DNA from: Basidiobolus meristosporus CBS 931.73
Taxonomy: Eukaryota; Fungi; Basidiobolomycota
Direction: 5' to 3'
Assembly (NCBI GenBank): GCA_002104905.1
Contig: MCFE01000559.1
Span: forward strand, 1-57,947
Length of the DNA stretch: 57,947 nucleotides
Part shown: positions 1-12,213 of the stretch, piece by piece
How the letters are laid out: every line of letters starts with the position of its first letter
Position numbering within the stretch: position 1 is the stretch's first letter
Translations under genes and position numbers: made by a program
Notes under the pieces: generated by a model
What the model was told of the DNA's origin: nothing
Database searches by the model: none
What the model saw: only the letters and a program-made list of their open reading frames with translations

Positions 1-142
1 ACCAAGTTAGGTGACTATCTAGGTGTAAATAAGAAATTTACAGTACCTCTGAAATAACTGTTCAAGTAGAAGCATATCTAGAGTCATCAAGGTGGCAGAC
101 TATACTTATCATGGGTATTGCTCTGGTACAACACCTTCTTGG

Positions 143-492
143 TGTTGTAAGAGTCTTGGAGATATTGGAAGTGATTGGGAGGACAAGTAGATTGTGTGGT
201 TTTCACTTAATGATCTATTGAATGTAGAAGTAGTATTTATACTTTCACCTGGTCTTGGCATAACAAACACGTAGAATAGGATAAGGAAGGTCCCAAGAAC
301 ATGTGTGCAAAGTTTGGGGCTGTTTGGACAACTTTGAGAATTTTCATGCTCTGGGTACCTGGTATTTTGGTGAAAATATTCCAAGTAAATCCCGACAAGG
401 AATTTTGGTCAGTATTCTCTAGGATTTGAAGGTGATGATCTAAGTGACTAAGTTAGGTGAATATTTAGGTGGAAATACGAATTTTTACGACA
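143..492 (-). mobile_element. Ty1/copia solo LTR (350 bp) with 5-bp target-site duplication CTTGG
   Basis: Ends are TGTTG...CGACA, and CTTGG flanks both sides (138-142 and 493-497). It is the reverse complement of the LTR family at 10696-11044. Confidence 0.88.
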
Positions 493-1878
493 CTTGGATG
501 TATGCCAAGTTGTCCCCAACAAGGCTGGAGCCTCTAGCAGCAGAAGTTGTAGCTTTAGGAGATATTTGAAATATGCAGGTATGATGCTGGCATTCAAAGT
601 GTCTTGAGTAAGTTCTTCTCTGCATAGGGCTTATAATTTAGAGTTTGCAATATCACTCTTTGTTAAATATGGGTAATAGAAGTCAGATTCGTGGAGAACT
701 GGCAAATTACCACAGAGTCTGAAGCTCTTTGAAGGGCCCCTACACCTTGAACACAGCTACCAAAAATCATTATATTGCTGCTGTCTGATAGGTCTAAGAA
801 TGGTACTGGAGTACTTAAGTAAAATAAAGCAATTGGTGAGAACTATACTTCCATCCAATCCCAGTTTAATTCAGACTGCTAAATATTTCTGGGTTTGCAA
901 CCGATAGGCTTACAACCAACAATGAAGCCAATGGAACAAGTTGCAGTATTGAGCTAGTAATTCGTGGAGAAAGTCGCGTATCCAGTGAATCGATAAAAAT
1001 CAAGGCGATTTATCTTTTGAAGAGCCAATTCTAGTGTGACATTGAATGCTACACTAATCCCTGTGGCATAGTGCAAAATTCAGCCCTCAGCAGAAGCGTG
1101 CCGCTTACCCATTTGCCCAATACCACCAGGCGTCTTAACATATTTTTGTTTGTCCAGTATACAGGTGGAAATCCGTCCACCATAACCACATTGCCTTTAT
1201 TTCAAGCAAATCAAAAATGGCTGCGTAGGAAATAGAGAGAAGATATTGGTCAGCCGTACTTTACGAGGCTGCAATTAGAACTCGGACAAGTGCCGCTATA
1301 GCATACAGCATTCCCGATGCAAATGACCATCACATTGGCAAACGGCTATAGGGGTGGTAGTGTACACTGCTACCCATGTCAAGCTCAATATGGGAACTAG
1401 ATCCATATACCCCTGCACATACCTTGATTCCCATCAGTTTTGGTAGACGAATACAAGCTGACCGGGCAACAATTCAAGGCCTGGGTTCCTGTGGCACAAC
1501 CAAACGTTTGTCCCAATATGATTTGTGCGAGGTGGAACAGCAGTGATACGATAGTCAAGATGTTATTGATTCAGCAACTGGTACAGCGGAGCATAAAGAA
1601 TAGAGATGGCACTTTCCTTCACCACAAGTAACTCCCCAATGATTGGCGGCCCCGACCAATCCGGTGTATTTCCCGAGCTCTTTGGAGCAAAATTCCAATA
1701 AACCCAACCCTCGTGTGAGTACTCCACACCCCATATCACCGAATCTCATTGGCCAGAGGTTTATTGAACAAGATACATAGATGTTTCACAGATAAAAGCG
1801 GATTGACAAACACGGAATATAGACGTTACAAATTGGGATAGAACAGATCGGATAAGATAAGATAAGATAAGATGGGAG

Positions 1879-3357
1879 CTAGTTTCGTTTGACGAAGTGG
1901 GCGAAGTTCAGATTATACCCGTCGAACTCGTAGAGAATTCGATCGGTCTTGCGGTACCCCTTGACATCATGGATGGTGACGCTCTTGGGCTGGGAAGATT
2001 CGAGCTCATGCTCTACCTTCGAACGGGGTCGACTCTGGTTGCCGCGACGATCGTGGTGGTACGGGGTGTACACATGTGAAGAGGTATGAACCGACTCTGG
2101 ATGGTGACGTTGGATATTCTCGAAATGAGTCTCCGTTTGTGAATTGAACACGGTGATGGTGAACTTCCCAGGCTGGAATACATCGGTCACTTGCTTGATG
2201 AGCTTGGACAGGGCCAACGATTCGGTCAGATCACTTCCCTTGGACAGAGAAACGTTGGTCTCGAAACTGGCATACGAGCAGGATTGCTCCGGGGTGACAT
2301 GGATGGTGTAGTAGTTGCTCTCGATGAGGCCATTCAAGGAGAATCCGCAAGGAGTGAACAGGAAAGAGTCGGTCAGGCAATTATCGTAGATGGATCCCAA
2401 TCCGGTAATTCTCTACAAAAAGTGGATAGAAGTGTGATTAAAACCATGCATATTGGTGCGCCACCGGTAGGATCCGCTTACCTCGACATCCTTGCCCCCT
2501 GGGCCAGCATCCGGCTGATCCTCCTCGGGATGGTGATAGAACTTTTCCATCGCCTTCGGACACAGCTCGGTCATCAAGATCTCGACGGTCACATCCTCGG
2601 CTTCGTCATCGTCATCGACAACATGCTGATGACTCTCTTCCTCAATTTCTCCTTCGATCTTCAGACAGTTCTCCTGTGGTGGCGTCAGGTACAGGAACCA
2701 ATGATCCCCGTTGGTCTTTCCGACGGTGTAGGCGGCGCCATTCTTGAACCAGCCGTCCAAAAAGGCCACCTCGTCGGGCCAATTCCGATGGGGGGCTTTC
2801 TGGAGGTCCGGGAACATGAAACTTTTCCGCGAGTAGAACACTCGCCACACTTTCTCCAGTCCCAGCGAGGCGGCGATTTCGATGATACGCGGCACGGCGG
2901 CAAGAAGGGTGGTGGTCCCACAAGTCTTCAGGATCAGCTTGTGGGGATAGACAAACATGGACGACTCGCTGAGCAGGTAGGAGTCGACTTGCTCGTTCTT
3001 GATCAGGTTCAACACCTGGCAGTGCACCAACTCGAGCATGTCTTCCCACACTTTGCGAGAGACAGTTCTTAAGCCATACCGAGGGTAGGTGTCGTTGAAT
3101 TCCCGCTCCAGGTCAATGACCGAGGTTCCATTCGGAGAGTAACAAACCTGTCGCTCGTCCAACGAGCTACCGTTCGGGGAACTCGAGAGAGAGGAGTCAG
3201 GGGAAGCAGGGCCGAATTGCTTGCGAACCGAGTTGGCGCTGGGGCTGAACCAAAGTTCTAGTAGTTTCTCGGGGCCCTCAAACTGGCCGGTGTAGTATTC
3301 TTCAGAGGTAGAGGCGGGCTGGAATTCGCCGGCGGAGTTGCTGCCCTCGGGTTTCAT
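1879..3357 (-). CDS. SPE2: S-adenosylmethionine decarboxylase proenzyme; join(complement 2482..3357, 1879..2412), ~469 aa
   Basis: Motifs FEGPEKLLE, YLLSESSMFV (self-cleavage site), KTCGTT, FTPCGFSLNG and TIHVTPE. A 69-bp GTAAGC...TAG intron (2413-2481) joins the two ORFs in phase 0 (KDVE|RITGLG). First in-frame ATG is at 3357; the ORF-track start at 3477 is TTG. Confidence 0.95.
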
Positions 3358-3748
3358 TTGGGATCGGTGAGTGGGTGGTACGGGATGGAGCGGGGCGATG
3401 GTAATTTTTAGTATATTTTTAGACTGGGAAGGTGGAAGGAGGTTCTGCTTAGTCAAGCTACTGGAAGGTATGCTCAACGTGAAGGCAGATTAGTTAGTTA
3501 GTTAATTAAATTGAGGTGTGGATACTTTGGATTTGCGATGTCTGGGAGCGAAGGGGCGCTATCGCAGGAAGTTGGAGAAGTGAAGCCGGAATGGTAAGTC
3601 CAAGAGAAAACGTGCGGAGGAGTATCTCTGGTTAGGACCAGAATGCATAGCAGGTGGGGAGGAAGTTTTTGGTGTGTTCGGTTTAGAAAAACCCGGGAAT
3701 TCGAAGCAAGAGTTTGGAAGTCCCACTTGTCGAAGTGTCGAAGATTAG

Positions 3749-6100
3749 TTAATTCGTGGATCGGGATTGCACTCGTGAAGTACGATTGCGGTGGGTGTGA
3801 TTGGCGGTCTTTCGATGGTCGAGTTGCTTTAAAGGCGTACTATCATTTCTGACCCAAGGCCAGGGTGGAAATCGTGGAAAAGCTAAGGAATTCATATGAT
3901 ATCCGGGGTCTTTTATAGCGCCGCAGGATGTGTCATCAAGCAATGTATATCCCATGCTCATCGCCGCCCCCACTGGATTTTGGTTTCGTGGGAGTGACAT
4001 GGTGTTTTCTGTTGAGAAGTCAAGCGTCGAGTCTGCCCTATACTTTACCTGTTCAATAGATTCGTAATAAATTCCTGGCAGTCCACGGATTTTGCCGGGT
4101 ACAGTGTTGGGATAGAGCAGCTCCATCACCAGCCAATGGGAGCGGCCGAGAGGATCGAACATGTATAAGGGATTAATGTAGCCTTGGGGGAATTTTTTTT
4201 CACCTGCTATATTGGGCATTGTGTCACGGTGTAGCGTGAAGTACCTGCTTCTAATTATGCGAGTTACCGTTACCTGATCTCTGAAATCAACAATACATAT
4301 CTCAGGTGCCTCTACAAAACAATTAGGAAACCCTACGGTTTCGGGAACAACTGTCTACACCACACTCGGCTGGGCTTGAGACGCCAGTGAAAAGACCCTG
4401 CCCAACAAGATCTGCTGTTGCTGTGCGCCGACAGCTGTGGTTGCCTTGGACGGATATCGCGCTCCACGCCCCGGATTCTGCTTGATACAGGCAGATACTG
4501 GATTGCTTTACGTACTCGAAGGGTGTGTGCCGCAACCTGTTCAACTCGGAACAAACTCCTTAAATGCTGAGTGGAGGCTGGGATGGATCCAAAGGCACTG
4601 ATGGTACTACAGTGCAATACTACAGATAGATATACCCCAGCAATTCCAACTCCTTCGCCATGATTCCTTCCAAATTAGGCTGCGAGCCCCACGTATGACT
4701 GACGACCGGCATCACCCATCTAGCAGCGCCCATGGAATAGCCAAGCAGGCTCGGGGTGAGATTAGCTCACGGGCAAGCCAATTCCACTGGGATCCTCTGT
4801 GCTGGCACTGCTGAGTAGGATGAATGCTCAGTTTCGAGAGCACACGCAATAGGCCGCAACGTGCCATGAAACCCCTGATTACGCCCATCTTGCGAGCCGG
4901 TCAGGATAGGGAGACAACTTGCTTCCTGGTGCTTTGCAATCATATCACGACCACAGTCGTACAGCTGCCAGAGGGGAAGTTTGCTCCTAGAAATTGGACA
5001 CCTAACCGGCGATTAAACCTCAAACTCTAATCCATCCCGGAACAAGAGTGGCTTGATTTGGATGGTTTGAAGACCACCCTACATTTCTCGTCTGTGGTGG
5101 CACCGAGCGTTCACGCCGAGAGCGCTGGCATGGATGCAAACCAGAGCAACACTTGTTTTCATTTCACCCAATGGGTTCTGTTAGGATCACTATCCATCTG
5201 CGTTGGCATAAACCGGTGCCATGCAAAGTATCCCAGGTTTCAGTTTGGATCCCGAGGCAGAAAGACGCTCAATACAAGTTTCAGGGCCACTGTTGGGCTC
5301 TGCTGGAAGGCACCTAGCTAATGGACGGGAGGCGCATCAACCATTGCTAGATTATCAGCCGTGGACTGGGTGGAGCATCAGCTATCCAGTGAGTAGGTCG
5401 TATTGCTGAGTGTACACATCGGAATAAAGAACAGGAGTGTGTACTCGAAGCACTCACATGACAATGATCTGTTGATTTAGCTACTTTCATCGCTTCCTAT
5501 CATGTGAGAGTGGTCGCCAAGCCCAACCAATCAACCTGGTGCACTGACGGCCGATGTCGCCATCGCCACTGATGGTAAAGGTATAGATCAGTACTCTAAC
5601 GGGCATAACATGTATCATCCATTGCGGTGGTTAGCTTGCTATCAATGATTTACAGGGGCTGTTCGCCAAGTCCATACCAGTGGATTGGCGAATCGAGGGC
5701 ACTGAAGGGAGATACGATCCGAGGGATGGCACGTATTTGACAGGCGAGTTTATTTATTCTCTCCTGGTCAATTTTGGGGAGAGCATTCGTGCGGATAGCG
5801 ACAGAGTGCGCATCGAGCCATTTGTGCCACGCATGTGAACCCCACCAACCTTTGCACATCGAGCATTCGTGGTGAGCGCTATAAGGAAGCTCGGAGTACC
5901 TTAGGCAGAAAATTCGCGACGCTTGCTAATCATGGCACCAACATATAGTTCGCTTGCAAATCAATCAATTGAAAACGCCGCCATTGGCTACAGTAGGTTT
6001 GGGAGTTGTTGAATCCGGCTGGTATTCCGGTAGTATTACGCCACTGCACCAGACATACGGTCGGGTACACACTGGTTGAGGTGGTGAATGCAGCAGTGTC
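3749..6100 (-). CDS. Probable multi-exon gene or pseudogene of unknown function
   Basis: Protein-like segments at 3749-4219, 4323-4544, 5650-5859 and ~5910-6080 are bounded by plausible splice signals. I could not assemble a consistent reading frame and recognised no domain. Confidence 0.3.
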
Positions 6101-7673
6101 TACAGGAAACTATTTGCAATTACTACGGTGACAAACTTCATACCGGAATCAAATCCTGCAATGTTCACCAGGCATGCCCTGCTTAAGGATTTTGCAAAGT
6201 CTCAAGGGCGCTTGCTGAGTCTGGTGCTTAGCATTGCTAATAGCCAACACCATGTCCTACTCCACTGATGTTCGAGACACCTCATCTACATTGTTTTTTC
6301 GACTCTTTTCATGCTTCGGATGGTACTTGCTCAGAATGCCATATCTATATGGACACATGTCAGAATGTGTAATGTGACTTAATAATGATGATACCAGGAT
6401 TTGAGGTTCTAATTTTGAATGCGCCTACTCAGCAGATGCCGACCAGTCTCTGATACATGGTAATGGAGTGGAGAAGATCCATAGACTGGTGTTGATGGAC
6501 CGATTAGACGTCGACACAATGTAAAAAATAAAGCCCCAGTAAACGTAATAAGTACTCTACATATCATCCGCATTTCTAATTCCCATCAGAATCATGAGCC
6601 CGAATTGTTTCTGGTGCTAGTTGTGATACACGCAGTGCGTAATTAATCCCAGAGATTGTTGCCGTCATGTGTTCTTTGCTACCTAGCATACAGACATAGG
6701 CACGTGTCATTGCATGCTCACCTTGAAGCGATCCCTTGGGTGTCTTGCTGTTGGCTCACACCGCTATTAGAATGGTAAAAATCAAGTTGTGCCTCTTTGG
6801 AGTAAATTGCTACACTGCTAGCTTTCTAATCTCTCATACTTCACATCAGGGATCTGGAATAAAGCCAAAATGGTGCACATCAGTTCTTTACCCCTCCACT
6901 TTCTGAAGTAGCACTTTAGTCTTTTGATAACAATAATATGTACGTAATATGATAAGACATTTCCATGGGTTTCCAAAGCACCGTTGCCAGTGCATGTGGA
7001 TTGTAGTCTTCTCTATTTGCGTATTGCTTGGGTTTGCGTATTGAGAAAACTCAGCCGCGATGCAGTACTTATTAATGTGAAACTGAAACTTATCGATTTA
7101 GGATCAACTCAATGTATTTTCATGATTGTTATGTAATGGGGCAAATACCCAAGTGTTTACATAAACCTGACTTTGTATACAGTTATCAGCATCTTCTCTC
7201 TATATAATATTATTAGCTTGCCAAGAAACCTATTTATATGCATATCACTTTACTGCATCTTAATGTGTAAATAGATCACAGCCATTAATCTATACAGATT
7301 TCCTACTTCACTTCTCTGCCACTTTATTGTATCCTGACAGCTTTGTCACCCAGATCATAGCTCATTATCTTTGCTATTTCTTGCCCAGGCTCATTGTAGG
7401 GATTTAGGGTATCCTTACCCATGTATTTTGTAACTAGAGCACTAAGTTCTCAAGGTTGTCCCAAGGCCCCTGAAATCTACACACACTCTTGCAATCCCTC
7501 CCTCTCTCTGCCAGGTACTTGGCAAAGTTTGAATGTAAGCTTCAAGTTTATGACCTTATCAAGCCAGGCCTCAAGATACGCTTACTCTAATAGTCACCTC
7601 CAGAAAGCTATGCTCTCTATGCTTCACCACTTGCACTATGCATTTCAGCTGCTACTTGAGCTTTACCTTGTAT

Positions 7674-10600
7674 AGAACACTTGATGCAGTGGGAGAAGGA
7701 ACTATCCAAGTAAACCTTAGTAGCAGTGAAGGAAGCCATACACTGACCTTTAAAGAAGTACTCTATGTACCAGAAATAGCCAAGAACCTACTCTCTGTAA
7801 GCAAGGCCCCAGCAAAAGGACTCAGTTTCAGTTTTGACAATTCTGGATGCGGGATCACTGATCAAAATGGTGCCCATATTGCGTTGGGCATCAGAGATCA
7901 GAATCTATACAAGTTGACTTATATTCCATCATATTTGGAAGCCAATATAAGTAACTTAAATGAAGAAACACCAATGCTTTGGCACAGGAGATTTGGGCAC
8001 ATCAATATTGATTATTTGCACAAAATGATCAAAGATCAGCTAATTTCTGGAGTGAAAATTGATCCCCCAGCTAAATTGGAGCACTGTGAAGCCTGCATAT
8101 ATGGGAAACAAGCCAGACAACCGTTCAAGAGCTCTGGGTTAATCAAAACTAAGAAAACATTGGATCTAATTTGCTCAGTTCTGTGTGGACCTATGCAAAA
8201 TTTATCCTTAGGCAGGATGAAATATTTAATCACTTTTATTGATGATTATACAAGATACATGTGGGTCTACTTCATGGTGAGAAAGGAAGAAGCTCTGTCT
8301 AAGCTCAGGAAGCTTAAAGCCATGGTGGAGAGAGAAACTGGTGAAAAAATCAAGAAAATACGCTCTGACAATGGTGGAGAATATACCTCAAAACTCTTCA
8401 TCCACTTCTGCAAAATTTATGGGATAAAGCAAGAGACTACTGTACTATACTCCCCACAGCAAAATGAAGTAGCAGAACGTGCTAACAGACCAATAATTGA
8501 TATGGCAAGATCTATGATCCATGATGAAAAATTATCCTATGATTTTTGGGCGGAATCAGTTGCCACTGCTGTATACCTTAAAAATAGGAGTTATAACAGA
8601 ATACTTTGTGATTCTACTCCATTTGAAGCATGGTATGAATACATACCAAGTGCAGAACATCTAAGAATATTTGGGTGTACAGCATATGCCAAAAAACTGG
8701 CTGGAAATCAGTCAAAATTTGAGCCAAAAAGTGTAAAATGCATATTTTTGGGCTACCGCAATGAGAGTAAGGCATACATACTCTACAGTACCAAAGCAAA
8801 GAAGCTGATCAAGTCCAGGGATGTGTTGTTTGATGAAAATTCAAAATTTTCACAAAAAATGACATCTGATGATGACAAAAATCTGATTTCAGGTCCACCA
8901 ACTCACAGGATTGAATCAGAGCAAAACAATAAAAATCTTTTCACTCCAGAGAACTCTACAGCTGTGGTTCAGCCAGAATCAGTGCCCAGGAATATCCCAG
9001 AAGTGATCATTCTAGTATCAAATGCCCAGAGATCCAATTGGACAAGAAATAGCCCAAACTACTATATCAATGAGGGTACAAACTTAGCCTATGCCTATTC
9101 AGTCCATATTGATGAACCCCAGACTGTAAAAGAGGCCCTAAATAGCCCTCAGACAAAGTTTTGGAGATCTGTAATGACTGAGGAATATCAGGCCTGGATG
9201 GAAAATCAAACTTGGGACTTGGTCAAATTACCAGTCAACCAAAAATCAATTGGATGCAGATGGGTTTTCAAGACAAAATACAAGGCTGATGGTACAATTG
9301 AAAGATAAAATGCAAGACTTGTAGCCAAAGGATACTCTCAAACAAAAGGACTTGATTATACTGAGACCTTTGCACTGGTAGCCAAGTTCAATTCCATCAG
9401 ATTAATATTGGCTATTGCAGCCAAATATAAGATTTTATTCATCAAATGGATGTAAAAACTGCATACTTGAATGGAGAACTTGATGAGGACATGTATATGG
9501 ACCAGCCTGATGGGTTTGTTGACCAAGATAACCCCCATTTGGTCTGCAAGCTTAAAAAGTCACTATATGGTGTCAAACAATCACCAAGAGCCTGGAATTG
9601 CAAGATAGATTCTTATTTGGAATCTTTGAGTTTCAAAAGAAGTAATGCTGACTATAGTATATACTACAAGCCAGATAGAGCAAATCCAGTTCTATTAGCT
9701 CTATATGTGGATGATCTTATTATAGCAACCAATAACCTAGAAACATTGGAAGAGACTAAATCCAGCCTATCTAAGGAGTTCAAGATGTCCAATCTAGGAG
9801 AACTCAGTTACTACTTAGGGATTAAGTTCTCCATAGACAGAAGTACCCAGACTATCACCCTAAGCCAATCCAAGTATATTCAAGATATACTAAAGAAGTA
9901 CCAAATAGAAGACTGTAAACCAGCAGCTACCCCAATGGAGACAAACCTTTACTTGGTGAAAACTCAACCGGATCAAGAGAGCTTGGTGCCATCTGAAAGC
10001 CCTGACTTTCCTTATCAATCTATGGTTGGCAGTCTGATGTATATCATGCTTGGAACATGTCCAGATATCTCATATTCAGTGGGAGTTGTCAGCCAACATA
10101 ATCAGAACTATGGATCTGATCATATTACAGCAGTTAAGCGGATTTTTAGATACCTAGAAGGAACTGCTGATATCTGCTTAAGATACACTTATAAGGATTC
10201 AGAACAGGATCTTGTGGGATACTCTAATGCTGACTGGGGACAAAATTTATAAGACAGAAGATCCACCACCGGATACACCTTTCTTGACTGTAAAGGAGCA
10301 ATTTCATGGAATTCAAGAAAGCAACCAACCGTAGCACTTTCCACCACAGAGGCAGAGTATATGGCAGCCTGTGAAGCTACAAAAGAAGCAATGTGGTCAA
10401 GAAAGCTTTTTACAGATTTAGGCCTATGTCAAAAAACGCCTATTACTTTATTTCAGAATAATCAAGGATGTATACAATTAGGTAGAAATCCAACTTTTCA
10501 TGCTAGAACCAAGCACATAGATATTAGACATCATTTCATACATGAAGCTATAGAGAATAACTTTGTTAGCTTAGTTTACTGTCCTACAGATGAAATGATT

Positions 10601-10684
10601 GCAGACATATTTACCAAACCATTAGCTAGAGGCAAGTTTGAATATCATAGGTCAAAATTAGGACTAGTCAGTATGAACATTTAG
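7674..10684 (+). pseudogene. Ty1/copia pol (end of protease, integrase, RT, RNase H), inactivated
   Basis: Motifs LWHRRFGH..CEAC (integrase HHCC region), [38 protein letters not shown] and [11 protein letters not shown]. Domain order INT-RT-RH is copia-type. There is a premature TAA at 9306-9308, a +1 frameshift near 9435 and a TAA at 10250-10252. Confidence 0.95.
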
Positions 10685-10686
10685 CT

Positions 10687-11044
10687 GAGTGGGAGTGTTG
10701 TAAAAATTTGTATTTCCACTTAAATATTCACCTAACTTAGTCACTTATATCATTACCTTCAAATCCTAGAGAATACTGACCAAATTCCTTGTCGGGATTT
10801 ACTTAAAATATTTTCACCAAAATACCAGGTACCCACAACATGAAGATTCTCAAAGTTGTCCAAACAGCCCCAAACTTTGCACACATGTTCTTGGGACCTT
10901 CCTTAACCTATTCTATGTGTTTGTAATTTCAAGACCATGTAAAAGTATAAATACTACTTTTACATTCAATAAATCATTGAGTGAAAACTACATAATCTAC
11001 TTGTTCTCCCAATCACTTCCAATATCTCCAAGACTCTTACAACA
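10687..11044 (+). mobile_element. Polypurine tract (10687-10695) and 3' LTR (10696-11044) of the copia element
   Basis: GAGTGGGAG lies directly before TGTTG...CAACA. The LTR contains TATAAATA and AATAAA. Confidence 0.9.
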
Positions 11045-11837
11045 GATATGAATAGTCTATCTTCAGTTGTTGCAGTATTTCCATATTTAGGCTTCTTTTG
11101 CTGATTATCTTTCTTTTTGAGACACCGGTCTGATGTGTGTCCTTTCCTTTTGCAGTAGTTACAAACCAGGTTGCTGTTGCCTTTGTAGGGTCTTGGGTAC
11201 CTCCTTTGTTGGTTATCATTGCTTATTATAGCATTTTCTTCTTCCTTCTTATTAACACTTGATTTTCTTAATTCTTCATCCAGGAGCCTTCCATATACGT
11301 AATTTGAGGTCAAACCTTCAGTTATGGACTCTAGGGCTGATACAAGGCCCTGAAACCTGTCTGTCAGGCTATTCAGGATGGTAACTAGCACATCCTCATC
11401 AGTAGTTGGTACACCCACAGATTGCATCTCATCTACCAGCCGGGTAACTCTATTATTAGATTTTTTATTTCTTCTCCTGGCAGCATCTTTGTAGTAAAGA
11501 ATTTTTGTCTCAGATACATTTTCTTGGCAGCTGAACATGACTGGTAGGTGTCTTCTAATGCTTTCCAGGCATTCTTTGCCGTTTTTGCTCTTGAGCATTG
11601 AATTAGCAATTTGTCCTTGACATTAAGGCAAATGCAGTTAAAGGCACTTTGTTCTTTCTTCTGGTACTTTAAGGCTTCATCTCCCATGTTTTTAGGAGGG
11701 CATTCTTCCCCCATGACAATATCCCAAAGGCCTCTTTCTTGTAGCAGCATCTTCATCTTCACCTACCACACTTGGTAGTTAGATCCATCCAACTTTTCAG
11801 CAGAGGGAAAAATTCCAGTAATAGCAGTAGTAGACAT
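11045..11837 (-). pseudogene. Ty1/copia gag, disrupted
   Basis: ATG at 11837 gives MSTTAITGIFPSAEKLDGSNYQVW*VKMKMLLQERGLW. It carries a UBN2-like gag body and the zinc knuckle CNYCKRKGHTSDRC, with stops and frame disruption. It is cut off at 11045 by the end of the + strand LTR. Confidence 0.9.
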
Positions 11838-11856
11838 TGCAGAGAGTGACAGCTTG

Positions 11857-12213
11857 GGGCTCATAACCAGTTGTTAGAGTCTTGGAGATATTGGAAGTGA
11901 TTGGTAGGACAAGTAGATTATGTGGTTTTCACTTAATGATTTATTGAATGTAAAAGTAGTATTTATACTTTTACCTGGTCTTAGCATATCAAGCATGTAG
12001 AATAGGTTAAGGAAGGCCCCAAGAACATGTGTGCAAAGTTTGGGGCTGTTTGGGCAACTTTGAGAATTTTCATGTTCTGGATGCCTGGTATTTTGGTGAA
12101 AATATTCTAAGTCCCAACAAGGAATTTGGTCAGTATTCTCTAGGATTTGAAGGTGATGATCTAAGTGACCAAGTTAGGTGAATATTTAGGTGGAAATAAG
12201 AATTTTTACAACA
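11857..12213 (-). mobile_element. 5' LTR (11872-12213) with primer-binding site GGTTATGAGCCC (11857-11868)
   Basis: Roughly 90% identical by eye to the 10696-11044 LTR, in opposite orientation. The PBS resembles the copia-type GGTTATGGGCCC site complementary to an internal initiator tRNA-Met fragment. Confidence 0.88.

Noticed and set aside
1848-1872. (GATAA)n run near the SPE2 stop, plus (AT)n at ~44272-44290 and CCCCAA repeats at ~20083
   Set aside because: Ordinary short microsatellites with no supporting context.
2191-3072. 293-aa + strand ORF, and similar antisense ORFs over TRR1 and the permeases
   Set aside because: These are shadow ORFs antisense to real genes with biased codon usage and show no motifs.
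3855-3870. PPW motif reminiscent of polyamine-sensing upstream coding regions
   Set aside because: It is internal to a longer ORF about 500 bp upstream of SPE2 and not near a stop. There is no evidence it lies in the SPE2 transcript.
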